NCBI GenBank assembly: GCA_009103225.1 | Contig: RHPI01002503.1 | Coordinates: 298,363-362,362, forward strand | Direction: 5' to 3' | Length of the DNA stretch: 64,000 nucleotides | From: Chlorokybus atmophyticus | Lineage: Eukaryota > Plantae > Mesostigma and Chlorokybus algae | In this document: one piece after another, positions 49,656 through 62,907 of the stretch | Position numbering within the stretch: the first letter of the stretch is position 1 | Layout of the letters: each line of letters opens with the position of its first letter | Notes under the pieces: model-generated | Told to the model about the DNA's origin: nothing | What the model saw: only the letters and a program-made list of their open reading frames with translations | Database searches by the model: none | Position numbers and translations under genes: made by a program

Positions 49656-52600
49656 ATGATACCAGATGTAGCGTCAAGTGTATGCGGCGCTGATTGCAGC
49701 GGTGGTACTCATGACGACAACACACCTCTTCAAGAAGAAGGATCCTTCATGCAGCCCAACATACACCTTACGCACGGCACCACCATGGAAGGTGCGGAGT
49801 ACAAATCAAATGCACAGAGGTTTCCCTTAGTCTCCGCACACGCGTGCTCATTGTGACTGCGTGCCACAGCTACTTCTACTTCTGATACACCTTCACTGGC
49901 AATGGCGATGACCGCGGCGACAGCAACAGCAGCAATGCTCAATGAACAACACCACGCTAATGGCAACATAGACAGCAGAAGCCCTGGTACATGGTGTATG
50001 CTGGTTGATGATGCAAAAAAAAACAAAGATGCCACGCATACGCATGCCACTTTAATCAGTCGACTCTTTCTGGCTCTTCATCACTCACAGAGCCCAAGGG
50101 GACACAACCACCTGGTGATGAAGCCAATCACCGCATTGGCGATGTTGGCGATGATGCTGAGTCCAGGATCACTCTTACAACTGCTGCTGTCGCCGTTGTC
50201 TCACCTAAGGCGGCCATGGTCGTCACGGCACGAGCCGCGTCCGTCACGTCCCTCTACAGCCGCAGACGCCTGCGCAGGACCAGCTCCATGCCTAGCAGAG
50301 GTACAGAAGAAAGTTAGCCACATGTCCTAACAGTTGTTAAGATTGTCGCAGTTGCATCATGATAGACTAAGCCTTTGTTTTCAATCTTTACTAGGTGGTG
50401 TTGATGATATTGAGGATGCAGAAACCGGTGATGCCGAGCCTCAACCGCAAGGTCAGGAGGTGTTCGCGCCGCCACCGCTGGCGATACCCACGGGACCGTC
50501 CTCGCCGGTGTCGCCGGTGTCAATGTACGCCACGCCTACCGTGAGCCCTTTGGCCAGCCGCACCGGCAGCGCCCACAAACACAACATAACAGACAAGGTC
50601 CCGCCGTATGTCCACGCATTGCGCCGCATCATCACTACCTCCAATCACCAAGTGAGACTAGTGACACGACCACTCCACACTGTGACACTTGTTATTTTTC
50701 GTCTTTCATTGTTACGATGTTGTGCAGAGCGCATCAACATCTGCGTCAGCTACTGCTATACGATCAAGGGCCAGCATTGGCTCTCCACCAGCGGAGGATG
50801 TTGGGGTGGAAGGTGACAACAAGCCGGAGGCTGTCGATGATGGTCGTGACAGGAAGAAGCAACAAGCGGTGGAAGCTACAAACAGCGCCGGCTGCTGCGC
50901 CATCAACACGCATGCGACGGATGCGTGCTGCTTCTCCTTTGCCCGCCACGCTGCTGACGCCCTGAGACTCATCTGCTTCACCGCATGGAGCTACGCCGCA
51001 GCACAGGTTCTCGCCCATGCAAATGATTATGTTCACACGCGTTATTGTCAACATAGTCATTGCACTGTTGTCATCTCGTTACCCATGTGCGTGGTGTTAA
51101 TGGTATGTTGCGACGTGTATGTTGCAGTTAGGCGCTCTGTACGCCATCTTCCAGGGAATACTCGCCTTCGTTGCGTATGCCATCAGCAGCCCTACACAGT
51201 ACGTATCCGCATGCATTGAGAAACTGTTGCAACTGCCAACAGCATCACCACTATACCACACATGAACCACCACGACAGCAATTACATCCACCACCACAAC
51301 AACCACAACATCAACCCGACGAACCCGACAGGCGTAACCACTACGAGCTAGCGGGTGCGGCCTGGACGCTCTGCCTGGCTTCCTTGTTGCTGTGGTGGCA
51401 GAGCAGCCGGCCCGTCCCGAGCGTGGCAGGAATACGCATGCGCGCGTTGGGATGGATCTTGTTGGCGGCGGGGGCGTCCGCGGGCGGACTCTTCAGCCGC
51501 CCCGCCGGCACCGTCGCGTGGCTCGTCGCGGGGCTGTTCCTCGTCGCCGTGGTGATGGGGGAACAACCTTCACGTGCGCTCACTATCGTTGGCGGCACGA
51601 CCGAGACGAGGGGGAAGACGACCTCAGCGGTGTGGATACGTGCGGTGGAGTGGTTGAAAGCCAGGTGGGTGTGTCCAAGTGTTGGAAGCATGGTGATTGT
51701 GCCCAAGTGTAAGTGTGGAAGACTAGCAGGTGTTTTGACATGTGTTGGGTTCTGGTAGGAGGTGCGATGCGCAGTCAGCAGCTGAGAAAGCGTTCAGAGG
51801 AAACCCGCCATCGTTCTCAGAAAACCTGGGTAAGCGAGTGTTACTGCACGCATCTATTCAAGTGCGTGCGTGCGTGCGTGTATGTGTGTGTGCGCGCGCA
51901 TGTGATTACCATACTAGAAGTTAGCCACAACAGCAGCAACCGTCATGGATGAGTTCACATTGTTGCCGTGGCTCTTGCTTACCAGTGTGCGAAATCCTCG
52001 CAGCCAGGGTGTATGCAATGCGAAGCATCCGCAGGCCCCATCGAATCAACAACACCTCTCTCGTCCGTTCCACCTCCTCCTCCCTGCGCACCCCCCCTCC
52101 TCCTTCCTCCCGCTGCTTCGACCTCCCCAACGGCATCCGTCGCCGTCAGGGCCGCGCCGGCGAGGTCGGCGTGGTCGCTCTGTACGCCCTCGCCACGTCG
52201 GCCGTGTTCGCGGTGGCGGCCGTGCACGCGGTCGGGACGGCGAAGGGCAACGGCATGTACCCGGCCGTGTTCGCTGTCGCTAAAGGGTGTGGAAATGTAC
52301 TGAATTTTAGTGGGGCGCTGGTATTCTTGCCGGTGCTGAGGCCGTTGCTGGGATTGCTGAATGCTAAAGTACCGGGAACGGCGGCGTCACTAGCAAAGTT
52401 TGTTCCACTGTCCAAGAACATTGCCTTTCACAAGGTCAGGAACACGCACACACGCACATGCACACGCGCACATGCACACATGATGACACATGCACGCACA
52501 TGCATAAAGAAACACACGCCCGTACACTACTGCAGTTGATGGCCACGAGGCCACAAAGGTCAAGTTCTCACAGATGCACACGCACACGCACATGCACATA

Positions 52601-53928
52601 CACGCGCGATTGCTCACACACACCTCTGTACTGCTGCTGCAGCTTGTGGCGGGCGTGGTGTGCGTGGCGACGGCGTTCCACGTCACCGCGCACTACACCA
52701 ACCTGGCTCTTCGTCCCGCGGAGACGAAGATGTTCTTTGGCCACCTGCACCAGGAGCTCTGGACTGGTGAGCTCCTCGTGGCGTGTGCGGTTCTGATGGG
52801 TGCGGGTGCGGGTGCCGCCATGCGACGTGCTCAATTCGAGACCTTCTGGGCTTCTCACCAGCTGGGTGCTTGGGTTGGGTCTGGTCTCCTCCTCGCACAC
52901 GGGCCACACTTCTGGGCGTGGGCGGCTCTACCGTTAGGTTGGTACGCCCTCGATCGACTCGCGCGCAGCAACCATGGTGACCGACGCCGTGTACTCGTAC
53001 TCAGCGCGGCCATATACCAACCGCACGTGCTCATCTTAGTCCTGTCCAACAAGGAGAAGAGACCCAACAGTAGCTGGTTCAAGTGGAACAACATGTGGGG
53101 GGGGAGAAGAGAGCTGCTTGATCACAAGACAGGACAGTATCTTAGACTCAACTGTCCCGTTGTATCAGAATTTCAGTGGCATCCTTTCACGATATCTTCA
53201 CCCGGGAACGACAACGAGGACACGCTCACGCTACACATAAAGGCGCGCACGGGGACGTGGACGGGCAACCTGCGGGACGTGTTCTTGGCGCTGGCGCAAG
53301 GTGAGGGAAGGGGGGAGGACAATAAGTTGGAGGGGGAGAACAACAACAACAAGTTGGGGAGGTGGAGGGGTCCGGGTGGTGTGGGTAGGTTGCTGCGCGT
53401 GGACGGGCCGTTTCCCGCTCCCGCTCAACATGTCCCCGAGTACGCCACCGTGTTGCTAGTGGGTGCCGGCATCGGCCTCACGCCCTTTGCGGCGGTCCTG
53501 CGCGACGTCGTGGACTACCGCTGGACACAGGTGTCTCAACAACAACAACAGAGCGGACAACAACGTCAACAACACCACCCGCAACATGAACAACAGCAGC
53601 AGCAGCAACACACGCAAGTGCTCCCTCGACACATATACTTCCACTGGGCCTCCCGGCGCGGGGACCTCGCCTCCTACGCGTGGTTCTTGGACCTCCTTCG
53701 CGGCGTGCACGCGCGACACCACGCCCTCGCCGCCGCCAACGCGCGGACGAGGCGAGACTCGCGCCAGCTACGACGCCAACAACGCCAACAACAACAACAA
53801 CAACAGCTTCCCCCGCCCCCGCGCTTTGTCTTCCGTGCCTTTGTGCATGTTACTGGCCCGTGCTCGCCCACCACTCTTTCTGAAGTGCGTCGCCTCTGCG
53901 GGGATGTTGGCTGCGCAACAAGTAAGCG

Positions 53929-53959
<31 letters not shown>

Positions 53960-55007
53960 CTCACAATGTTGCTGAGCTTAGCTCAAGTCGTTGTAGCTTG
54001 TCCTTCAGTGACGGTGACGTATATGTGCATATGTTGTCGTGTTGTAGTAATACAGCAGGGAGACGAGGTCACAAAGGATGCTGCTGTCGACAAGGGAGAA
54101 GAACACATTGATGAGACGTGTCGGTCGGCTCTACACATGAGTGTGCACTCGTTGTCTTGGAACGGGCGTAAAAATGGCGACAGTATCGACGTATTGCCAG
54201 CCACAGCAGCCGCGGTGTCGGGTTCGTCATTAGCGGATTGGGCAACAGAGGGGCCTGAGGCGCTGACGGCAAGTGAGTATGCTCGGGAATACGGCCTCGA
54301 CGCGAGCGCCAACGACCCTGATGGCCAACCGTAAGCAAACTTTACATGCAGGCGCACGGGCATGAAGGCACGCACACACGCACATGCGCGATTACTTGCA
54401 CGCCCACCTACTCACACCACCACCCCACAGACGCACACGCACACGCACACAGGCGCACAGGCGCGCACGCACGCACGTACGCGCACGCGCACGCACATAC
54501 ACACCATAACAACTCACTCTCCCGTTTGCACAGCATGTCGCCTGCGGTCGGGAGGTTGCCTCGGCGTCGCCGGCTGATGGGCGCGCCATCCATGCACGTG
54601 CAGGACGAGGAGGCCGCCGACGAGGAGGAGCAGGACGAGCAGGCGGACGACGAGCAGGAGGCCAAGGACTGGCAGCCGTGGGTGCACGTGAGCATGGGAC
54701 GGCCACGCTGGGACGACGTGTTTGCCGACATACGCCGACGCCACCGCAATGAGAATATCGGAGTGTTCCACTGTGGACCCATGGGCAGAGAGATCAAACA
54801 GGTACACACACACTCACGCGCACCCGCACATATATGCACCCGCACACACTCAGGCACGCACCCACACTCACATACTCACACCTTGCTGTGTGATGCTGAA
54901 CGCTGACTTTGCAACAGTTGTGTGCGAGGCATACGAAGATTGTAAAGAGTGCGGCACGTGGTCCCAAGGAGGAGACCATCTTCACTCCGCATGTTGAGGT
55001 GTTCTAG
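49656..55007 (+). CDS. NADPH oxidase (NOX/RBOH-type ferric-reductase-like TM + FAD + NADPH domains); core 52150-55007 secure, 5' exons tentative
   Basis: AKGCGNVLNF...LPVLR...NIAFHK|...AFHVTAHY...FWASHQL...LAHG (four heme His); GQYLRLNCP, QWHPFTISSP, GTWT, VDGPF, VGAGIGLTPF, YFHWASR, GRPRWD, GVFHCGP, terminal HVEVF* (55005-55007). Confidence 0.9.
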
Positions 55008-56031
55008 TTGTGTGAAGGAGACTCAGAGCTGCGTAGAGGCGAGGGTTAGCTGCTGCTGTGTTGTGTAGAATTGGTGCGGCGTAGTGTAGTGCAGATGCAG
55101 TGCAGCGTAGGGTTGGGTTGGCATAGCGCACTTCAACAGTGGTGATGCAGTTAACCAGAACAAATATCTAAAAGTATCTAGGTTAGCTGCTCCTACTTGA
55201 GAAGACCTGTGTGGAGCTGCCCAAGTCGCATAGGGTTGTGCTTTGAAATCAAACTCGGACAGGTACTGGACTTATAAGGGAGGGGGTAGATTTACCCTGC
55301 TCCCAGATGACTGGCTATCCCAAGTGTTTACCACTATCGGCACTTTGTCACTGCCCCCGTCGTGTTGTGGTTGTTTGTTTGCAATGCCATTGCTGCAGCA
55401 CTGTGTTGAGACTTCTGCTAGTCGATAGCTTGGAATATTGCATGCCGTGCTAAGGATATAGCAGTTTGTTTGTTTTGATACTTTCCTTGTCACTGTGATC
55501 CCCAACATGGCAATGGTTATATCGGCATGCTTAGTCGTGTTCGTACTTATTGGTGTCACAAAGACTTCATCGGGCATGAACGTGTTCAAGACATTGTCAA
55601 TGTCAGAGTGCTACTACGACACACCGCTACGACAACAAGCTAGTGCTACTGCTGAGCTGCGTTGCATCTTACTGGCACCCAATGGCCGACTAAGAACTTC
55701 CATCCCGTCGCAACACCACCACCATCGCCGCCAGCACCACTTTGCTAGCATACAGGTACTAGCTTCTTGCAGTAGTGCAAGGAGGGCGGGAATGCGCCAG
55801 CATTCATGAGAACCAATGTTATTGACAATGTGATGCTGCTCACCCTTTGTGAAGAACGCAGGCACTCGCCGGTCGTTGTACCCTGCAAGCTCAGTTGGCT
55901 CCGTGCAAATTGACAGGTTAGAGAGCATGTACTTGTCTGCGCAGCCTTTATGCATGCAAGTGTATGTGTACACACTGCGCACACAACTGCATGTATGCGT
56001 GCATGTCTGTCGGCCTGCCCGCCGGGCGTCG

Positions 56032-56055
56032 GGGGGGGGGGGGGGGGGGGGGGGG
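56032..56055. repeat. Poly-G run
   Basis: Directly visible. Confidence 0.9.
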
Positions 56056-57205
56056 TAATATGTTTGAAGGCATGTGCATGCATACGTAAAGTGGTGATCC
56101 ACCATGGGGCAAGCACTGAGCAAGACCTTGCTTGGCAGCCTGCTGTCAAACTACCACCTACTTGACCAGCCTTGTAATGTCGCGCTTGCAAGTGACAGTG
56201 GAGCCCTGCCTTCAACAACTTACAGCTGCGCTCTCTGTTGTTCACTTCGCATGCATGTCTGCACTGAATCCCAACCAGTAATGGTCTGTTTGACACCTCA
56301 AGCAAGTCGTCTGATGCTAAGTCTGTGTGCAAATTGCAATATACATCACAACAACCAACTCTTCAAGACCTGCAAGCGCTTGACTGGTGGCTGGCACGTC
56401 ATGAGGGCTGTTGTCACGTGCAAGCATATGTTGGTAGCAACCCAGGCAAAGGTCAAGCACAAGCCCCTTATCAACGTACACAATCACGCAACTTGCAACT
56501 CCTCCATACACTTACGACGCCAACAAAGCTCACGACGACAGCAATAACAACCTCAAGCTGGTCGAACACCGCCTGCAGGTTGAGACTGCTGCAGTAACAA
56601 GTTGTTATTCAAGCAGTTGAACCCCGCCACCGCCTCCACCCCCGCCTCCGCCCCCGCCTCCGCCTCCGCCTCTCTCACCTCCAGCGACAGGTTGCAGCTG
56701 ACGCCGCCTTACGGCCAGTAAGGCTCAGCTTGCTGTTGATCCGCCCACTGCTGCGGCTATGCGGGGCTGACAAGGCCATAGGCTACATGGCCAACCACAG
56801 CGGCACCGACGGCAGGCATGCCGCAAGCAGCCCGCCCGCGCAGCAGTAAAGCATGCCTAAGTGAGGTTCAACTACAGCAGCTTAGATGACAATGGGTGGC
56901 GAGCGGTCTCAACGTGCGGTTGCGGCGGCGGCTGAAGGATGTTGTCATGCGAGTTCGACGGCAGATTGCAAGCAGCTAGCATACACACGCATGCTGTGCA
57001 TGTATGCTGTGATCATCACATTATCACATGTTCGCCTGCTTGCAGCAGTGTGAACGCACTGGTAGTGGTTTGCTACTGAGTAATGCGGGTGCGTGAACCG
57101 CAACAGCTTGGCAGCTTCAGCCAGGTAGCTAGAGTGAGAGGGTTTGAGGAGCAAGTTGCGTTGTTGGCTGTTTGACAAGGCCAGGGTGGTGGGCACGCGG
57201 TAAGG

Positions 57206-60200
57206 ATGCAGGCGCAGCTGCGAGCTGGCAGGCCGCTCGCCGCCTTCAAGCAGGTTGTGGAGGAGGAGGAGGCACTCAAGGAACGCCTGGGATCCGTCGC
57301 GCCTCCTCGCTTGGATGCTTCTTCATCAGCTACTGCCGCCGCCGACCAGCCCGCTGATGGACAGCTTAGCTCCTGCTTGCCTGCTCTGCCCGTGGAGCAC
57401 TTGAACGGCATACTCTCTGAGGTGAATGGTTGCAGCCTTTCATGTACTACACAATGTAAGCTAAGCTAAGCTAAAACGCCAGCTGCCTTGGGTCCTCAAG
57501 CCAACACAGCAACACATTGGAGCAAAACTCGCAGTCAAGTGGCTTATGCTTTGTTGCTAGCAGCATTGATGTGTAAATAATGAAAGTAAGCAGCGGTGCT
57601 CTCGGTTGGCGTAATTCATGACAGCATGACAATCTCTTGTTAATATCTCACAGTTCAATTTTGAAAAAGCAGCCACTTCGCCGCACATTGCATTTTATAA
57701 GTCAAAGTGCGGCGCAACAACATTCATGCAACTGTGCAAGTGAACACCATGCACAAGCATACTGACTCTGAATGTGAAGCGCATGGTCGCTGGAGTTGAC
57801 AAAGGCAATGTCCCTCAAACAGGTGTTGCCTCTGGCTCTGAAAGAGTTCAGGCATGTGGAGATGATCACTGCGTGCGTGGTGATACTGGAACTGTGCGGC
57901 GTTTCCGCCGAGGCTCTGAAAGTTGATGCCGCAGCGCTTCGTCGCATCTGCATCCCCCGCAATAGCGCTCCCCATGATGAAGCAGAGAATGAAGCGTCTG
58001 GAGGGTACAACACTGTGGACTCATCAGGTGATCTCGTACAAGCGCTGTGTGACACGTACAAAGGCGAAGACGGCACAATATCCGGCCAACCCCATGAGGC
58101 CACCGGAGGCCATCTGCTGGTGATGCTGATGTCATTGCGGCAACAGCTCGTGCAGGCAACTATCAACCAGATTGAAGCCAGCATACAACCTGCGGATAAA
58201 AGCCAGGCAACTGATGGAGGTCAGCACAGCTGCTTCTTCTGTAAGTTGGCGTGCCTCTGCCACTGTGCTAGTCGTCAGTCAATCACCATCTGGCAGGTAC
58301 ACCATCTGAGTTTGTGAGCCAATCTCGGGAATGGAGCCAGTCTTGGGCATTGGTGCGCGCATTTTGTCGGCAGCACTGCCTTCCACTTTCGGATGCCTAC
58401 CTCAAACGGTTGGCAGGACAGAATGACTGGGTAGGCTATCGGCAGCAGTCATGTTGTCTGCCAAGTCCCGAACAAGCAATTGATGTTGGCTCCTCATGAC
58501 ATGTGTCTTGTTTGCAGGTAGAGTTCTTGTGGGAAGCCCAACGTGATAACCTGCCATATGATGATGCATATGACTTGGTAAAAGCTGTAATGCAGAGTAT
58601 GCTATCGACTGCAGCAGATAGGGCAACGTGCTCACATTATCATTTTGTTCTGCAGGTTTTGTCGGAGTTTACCGACATCAGGTTACAAAGGCACCTCATT
58701 ATAGTCTTCGACAGCATGCGCTCCTCGCGCATAAGCAGCCCGGTGTCATCGCCGTACAGGTCCCTCACACTTCCTCCTGAAGTTGCTTCCAGCCCTCAAA
58801 GAACAGGGGATGACCTGCAATCTCCCCGAGCAACAGTGGGCGATACCTTGGATGCACCCGAGCTCTTTACAATCGTGGCTGCCAGCGAGCACGAACGCTT
58901 CCCTGGTACCTGCAGTGTTGTTGAACTTGTTACAGTATCTGTCGCACGCATGCAACACGTGCACACTGAAGATTGTGACCCACAGGTTTGGCGTTGCTTG
59001 CGCGCGCAAGGAGTCTGCGTTGGCCGCTTCTGGCTGTAATCGCGGCATGTTTTGGCGACGTCTCTACCGAAAATTGCCTGGTATGTTTGATTGATGCATG
59101 CATCAGCATTAGGCACAGGTGTATGCTATGTCGTGAAGCATGTCACAACGTTGCGAAATCATGTTTTGCTGAGTGGAGTTGTTAACAGCGTGTAGTAACA
59201 TTCATGTGGCAGGTCATTTGGCTGCAAACAACAACTGGTGTTGACATTACAGATAGCGCTTGGGATGGCGACGACATGGCATGGGCATCATCTAGTCCTT
59301 CAAGGGGAGCTGACCATGCAGGCAGTACACCTGACAGACTACCACAGGCGGTTGTCAAGCTGTGCGGTGAGCAGTACCACGCAGCATTGCTCAGAGGTTT
59401 TGAGCTTTTCCTGCCCGGGACGTCGATCGTGAGCTTCATCAGGTTTATCAAGGTGCTGACTGTCTATCAATTTCCTCTGGAAGTCTCTCTTCATCTCAGC
59501 ATGCATACTTCAGCAAACCCATCCCATGACTAAATTAGCGTGATTGCAGGCTTCTGCGCAGTTTCAGCTTGTTGATGCAGCTGCACACCTCGCAGACTTC
59601 TGCCAACAGCAAGCTGCAGAACAGCCGACACCGCTCAGCAATCGCTATGCTGTGATAGCCGCGCTTGGCGCAGATGCCTTTCTGGCCACAACATCCTCTT
59701 ACTTTAAACGGAAGTTCTTTCTAAGGGAAATGGTAGCAGCCAATGTTGACCTGCAGTTCCTACGTGCTGGCTCAAATGTGCACAATAAGTATCAGCGTAT
59801 GCATCTTGCATTGGAGTTGCTGGAATGGCACCGCGACAACAAACGCCTACAGAATTGTCTGCAAGAACAAGGACTCGACTCCATGTTTCAGGATAACAGC
59901 GCTGGCAAAGACGTCTTTGCCGCACTCACACGGCCTGAAGCCATTCTGGATGCTCTCATCTTGTTGAAGAAGTGGAGCGATGCGAGGCAGTGGGCAGATG
60001 CGTATCTGCAGGCACTTTTGCAGCAGTCAGAATCAGATGCAAGCACATCTGCTGATGATGACACAGAAACAGCAGCTGTTGGGAAACTTCTAGGGGCTGA
60101 CAGGATACGGGCGAAAGCTACTGCAGCACAGGCTGATGAACTAGTGGCAGACTGCAAGCGGTTCTTTTGGGAGTTAGAGACTGAGAGGAAAGAAGTGTGG

Positions 60201-62907
60201 CAGCAAGTTCATAGTTTGTTTCTGAAGCACAAGCAGCCCAGTGCGCACGTAAGCGCGAGCTGATGTATTGCTGCCGATGCATTCAGGCTCAAGTGTGACG
60301 TATTGGCATCAAGCATGTCTTGCGCAGGCAGCCCAATACTTTCTCCGGCAAGCGCAGTCTCTGGAATCAAAGCTGCCTGCCAGTGAGGTGCTCGCACTGG
60401 TGAACCTTGCACTTGACTGGGGCGAGGGTCGTGCTCTGCAGACAACATTGTACGTTTTGTCACTATCTGGCATTTGATGTATGTACAGCATTGTCACTGA
60501 CTTGGGTTGGGTTGTGGCTTGCACCAGGTGTTGTGCTCCCTCTGTGTTACAAGAGTTGCGAACAAGAGTAGCATTGTTGTCAGTGCGTGCGAAGTCTGAC
60601 CAACAGTCAGGCTACACATCTCCAATCCTTGTGAATCTATCTTGCTTACCAGTTGGGCCCTCAACACCGACAGCAACAAAGCCAGAAGGCAACAGCACGC
60701 ACAAACCTCTACCAGCTGAAGTGAAATTCGCAGTGACAGAGTTGCTGCATCGGAGAGACTTGCAGCAAGCAGAGCTGCTGTGTTCAAAGCTTGCAAAGCC
60801 TCCGCTCGGCATTGCTATCTGCCAGGCAGCAGTCAAGGTGGCCACCGTCGGTGGTTCCATAGCATTGGTTGATTTGAAGGAAGAGGTTGCAAGCCATCTA
60901 CAGCGCACTCTGCAACTTGAAACCATGGATGTGCCACGTGAAGCTGCTGAAGTGCTTCAACTTCTTGTTGAAAGCCTTCCTGAGAACAGTGGCGGCTGCA
61001 GTTACTGCAGCAGCGTGTTGAACAACTATCGTGTTGCACAGCTGCTGCAGCTCTCTTACACAGCAGTCCTTCAGTTGCCTGCCATTGATGTGTTTGAGCG
61101 CATGATTGTGCACGGTGATGACCATCTGCCCCTTGCAAAGGACTTCCTTGTAGGCAGCGCTGCTGCAGAAGATGTCACAGGCATTGCACGTGTGTTGGCC
61201 AGCCACTACGTGTACAGCTTGTTGAATAATACAACCGTCCCTACGGACGACAATAGTGGCGATGATGTGGTCCGTCCCGAACGCTTTGAATTAAGCAAGT
61301 GGGCGGAGCTTTGCCTTGATAAGGAGCAGCTTGGTCATGCACTGTTGCGGCTTGTATTGGAGCAGAAAGAACTGCCAGCTTGGTGTGAGGTAACATATCA
61401 TTAGCCACATGGGGTATATGGTAAAGCAACTGTACGAGGAGTACAGGGTTGCTCATATGTGCTTACGTGCAGGTGGAGCTTATCATCCTTGCTCACCGCT
61501 ACTACAATCAAGCAGCATGCGTGGATGGAGTGGACGTCACAATGGCGCTGGCAGCATCGAGAGCGGATGCTTACATCTCAGCCGGAGAGTTTCGCCCGCT
61601 TGCGCGCTTGGGCGCAGGGGTAAGCTTGTGTTTGTTTGAGTTGCACGCCATATCGGTAGTTACCCCTTCATGCTGAGCTGCTTTTCCTCATCCCTGTTCG
61701 TACCAGCTTGCGGACAGCCGAGCCTTGCGATTTGTCTTCCATTTGCTTATTCAGCACGAGCAGCTGGAGCTGCTTCTGTCCAAGCAACGGCCACTGGCTG
61801 AAGTTCTGGCCCCGGACGCCATCGGCAGCATGCGCCAGCTTCACATGGCCACGCTTCGCGCTTTGCGCCACTGTCGTCCCGATGACCATGATAGCATTTC
61901 TATGGTGTGCAGAGATTAGCAACCGCAGCAGCTGTGTATTTTGCTCTCTGTCTGTTGACTGTGTGGTAACTGTGCGCAAATGTTGGCAGGTGCATCATAG
62001 GTTCAACATGGAACGTGAGGTTGCGGAGGAGTTTGAGCGCCGTGCAAACTTGGGTTCGGAACGCTGGGCGAGCGATGTTGGACCGGTCACGTCTGAGCGC
62101 TGCAGCGATTTGCTGAACACAATGCAGGTGTGTAATATGTCCGCAGTGTGCGCATCAAAAGCTGTCACCTTTGCATTGAGGCACCTTTGTAGCGTACAAC
62201 CTTCTTATATGCATTGCATGCAGAGCTACATTTCAGCCGCGCAAAGCTACAGTGCAGCTGACTGCGGCCGCCAAGCTGCCGCGTCTCTGGCGCGCGCTGC
62301 GCTGGCGGGAGTCCAGCTTCGTCACCCCGAGCTTCGCCTCATCAAGATGAGCACGGACACGGCGCAGTCTGCCATCCATCATCAGTTGTCGCTGTACGAG
62401 GCGCTGGTGGTCGCACGCGCATACGACATGTTGTGGACGCTAGATTGGGCGCAGCCTCTGTACCAGCAGGTGGTGTTGGAAAGCAAGCAGCAGTACCTGC
62501 AGGAGTACTCCAATGTCATGCAGTTGACGCAACCAGTTTTGCTGCGCTTGGCTCGCGCCGTGCGTGATGCAACAGCCCGAGGCGTGACCGCAAGCGCTGC
62601 GTCTACGCCATCCGGACTGTTATTGCCTCGCCAAGGCGAATCATCATTGCCGCAGCCGCAGCCGCAGGCCGGTAGTAGCAGTGTGCTTATGTCGGCAACC
62701 TCGGCACTTCTTAACCGCATGAGGCTCGCGCCGACAGAGACCTCAAGGTTGCGCCAGGCTTTCTTTCCTGTCCTTGACAGCGTGCCCAACCTGTGGTTGC
62801 GCATCCGCATTGCTCGCGAGGCTGGCGGGTTTCCTGAAGTCGAGGAGCGATGCGCACAGCTACTTGACCTTGCGCCTGCAGATGCAGTGGTCTTGGAAGC
62901 CTTATAA
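57206..62907 (+). CDS. SPG11: Spatacsin (SPG11) family protein, C-terminal half; 5' end uncertain
   Basis: GRPLAAFKQV; SQSWALVRAFCRQHCLPLSDAYLKRLAGQNDW|VEFLWEAQ...LQRHLIIVF; |VELIILAHRYY...GVDV; LSLYEALVVARAYDMLWTLDWAQPLYQQVVLESKQQYLQEY. These match remembered spatacsin motifs; stop TAA at 62905-62907. Confidence 0.85.
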
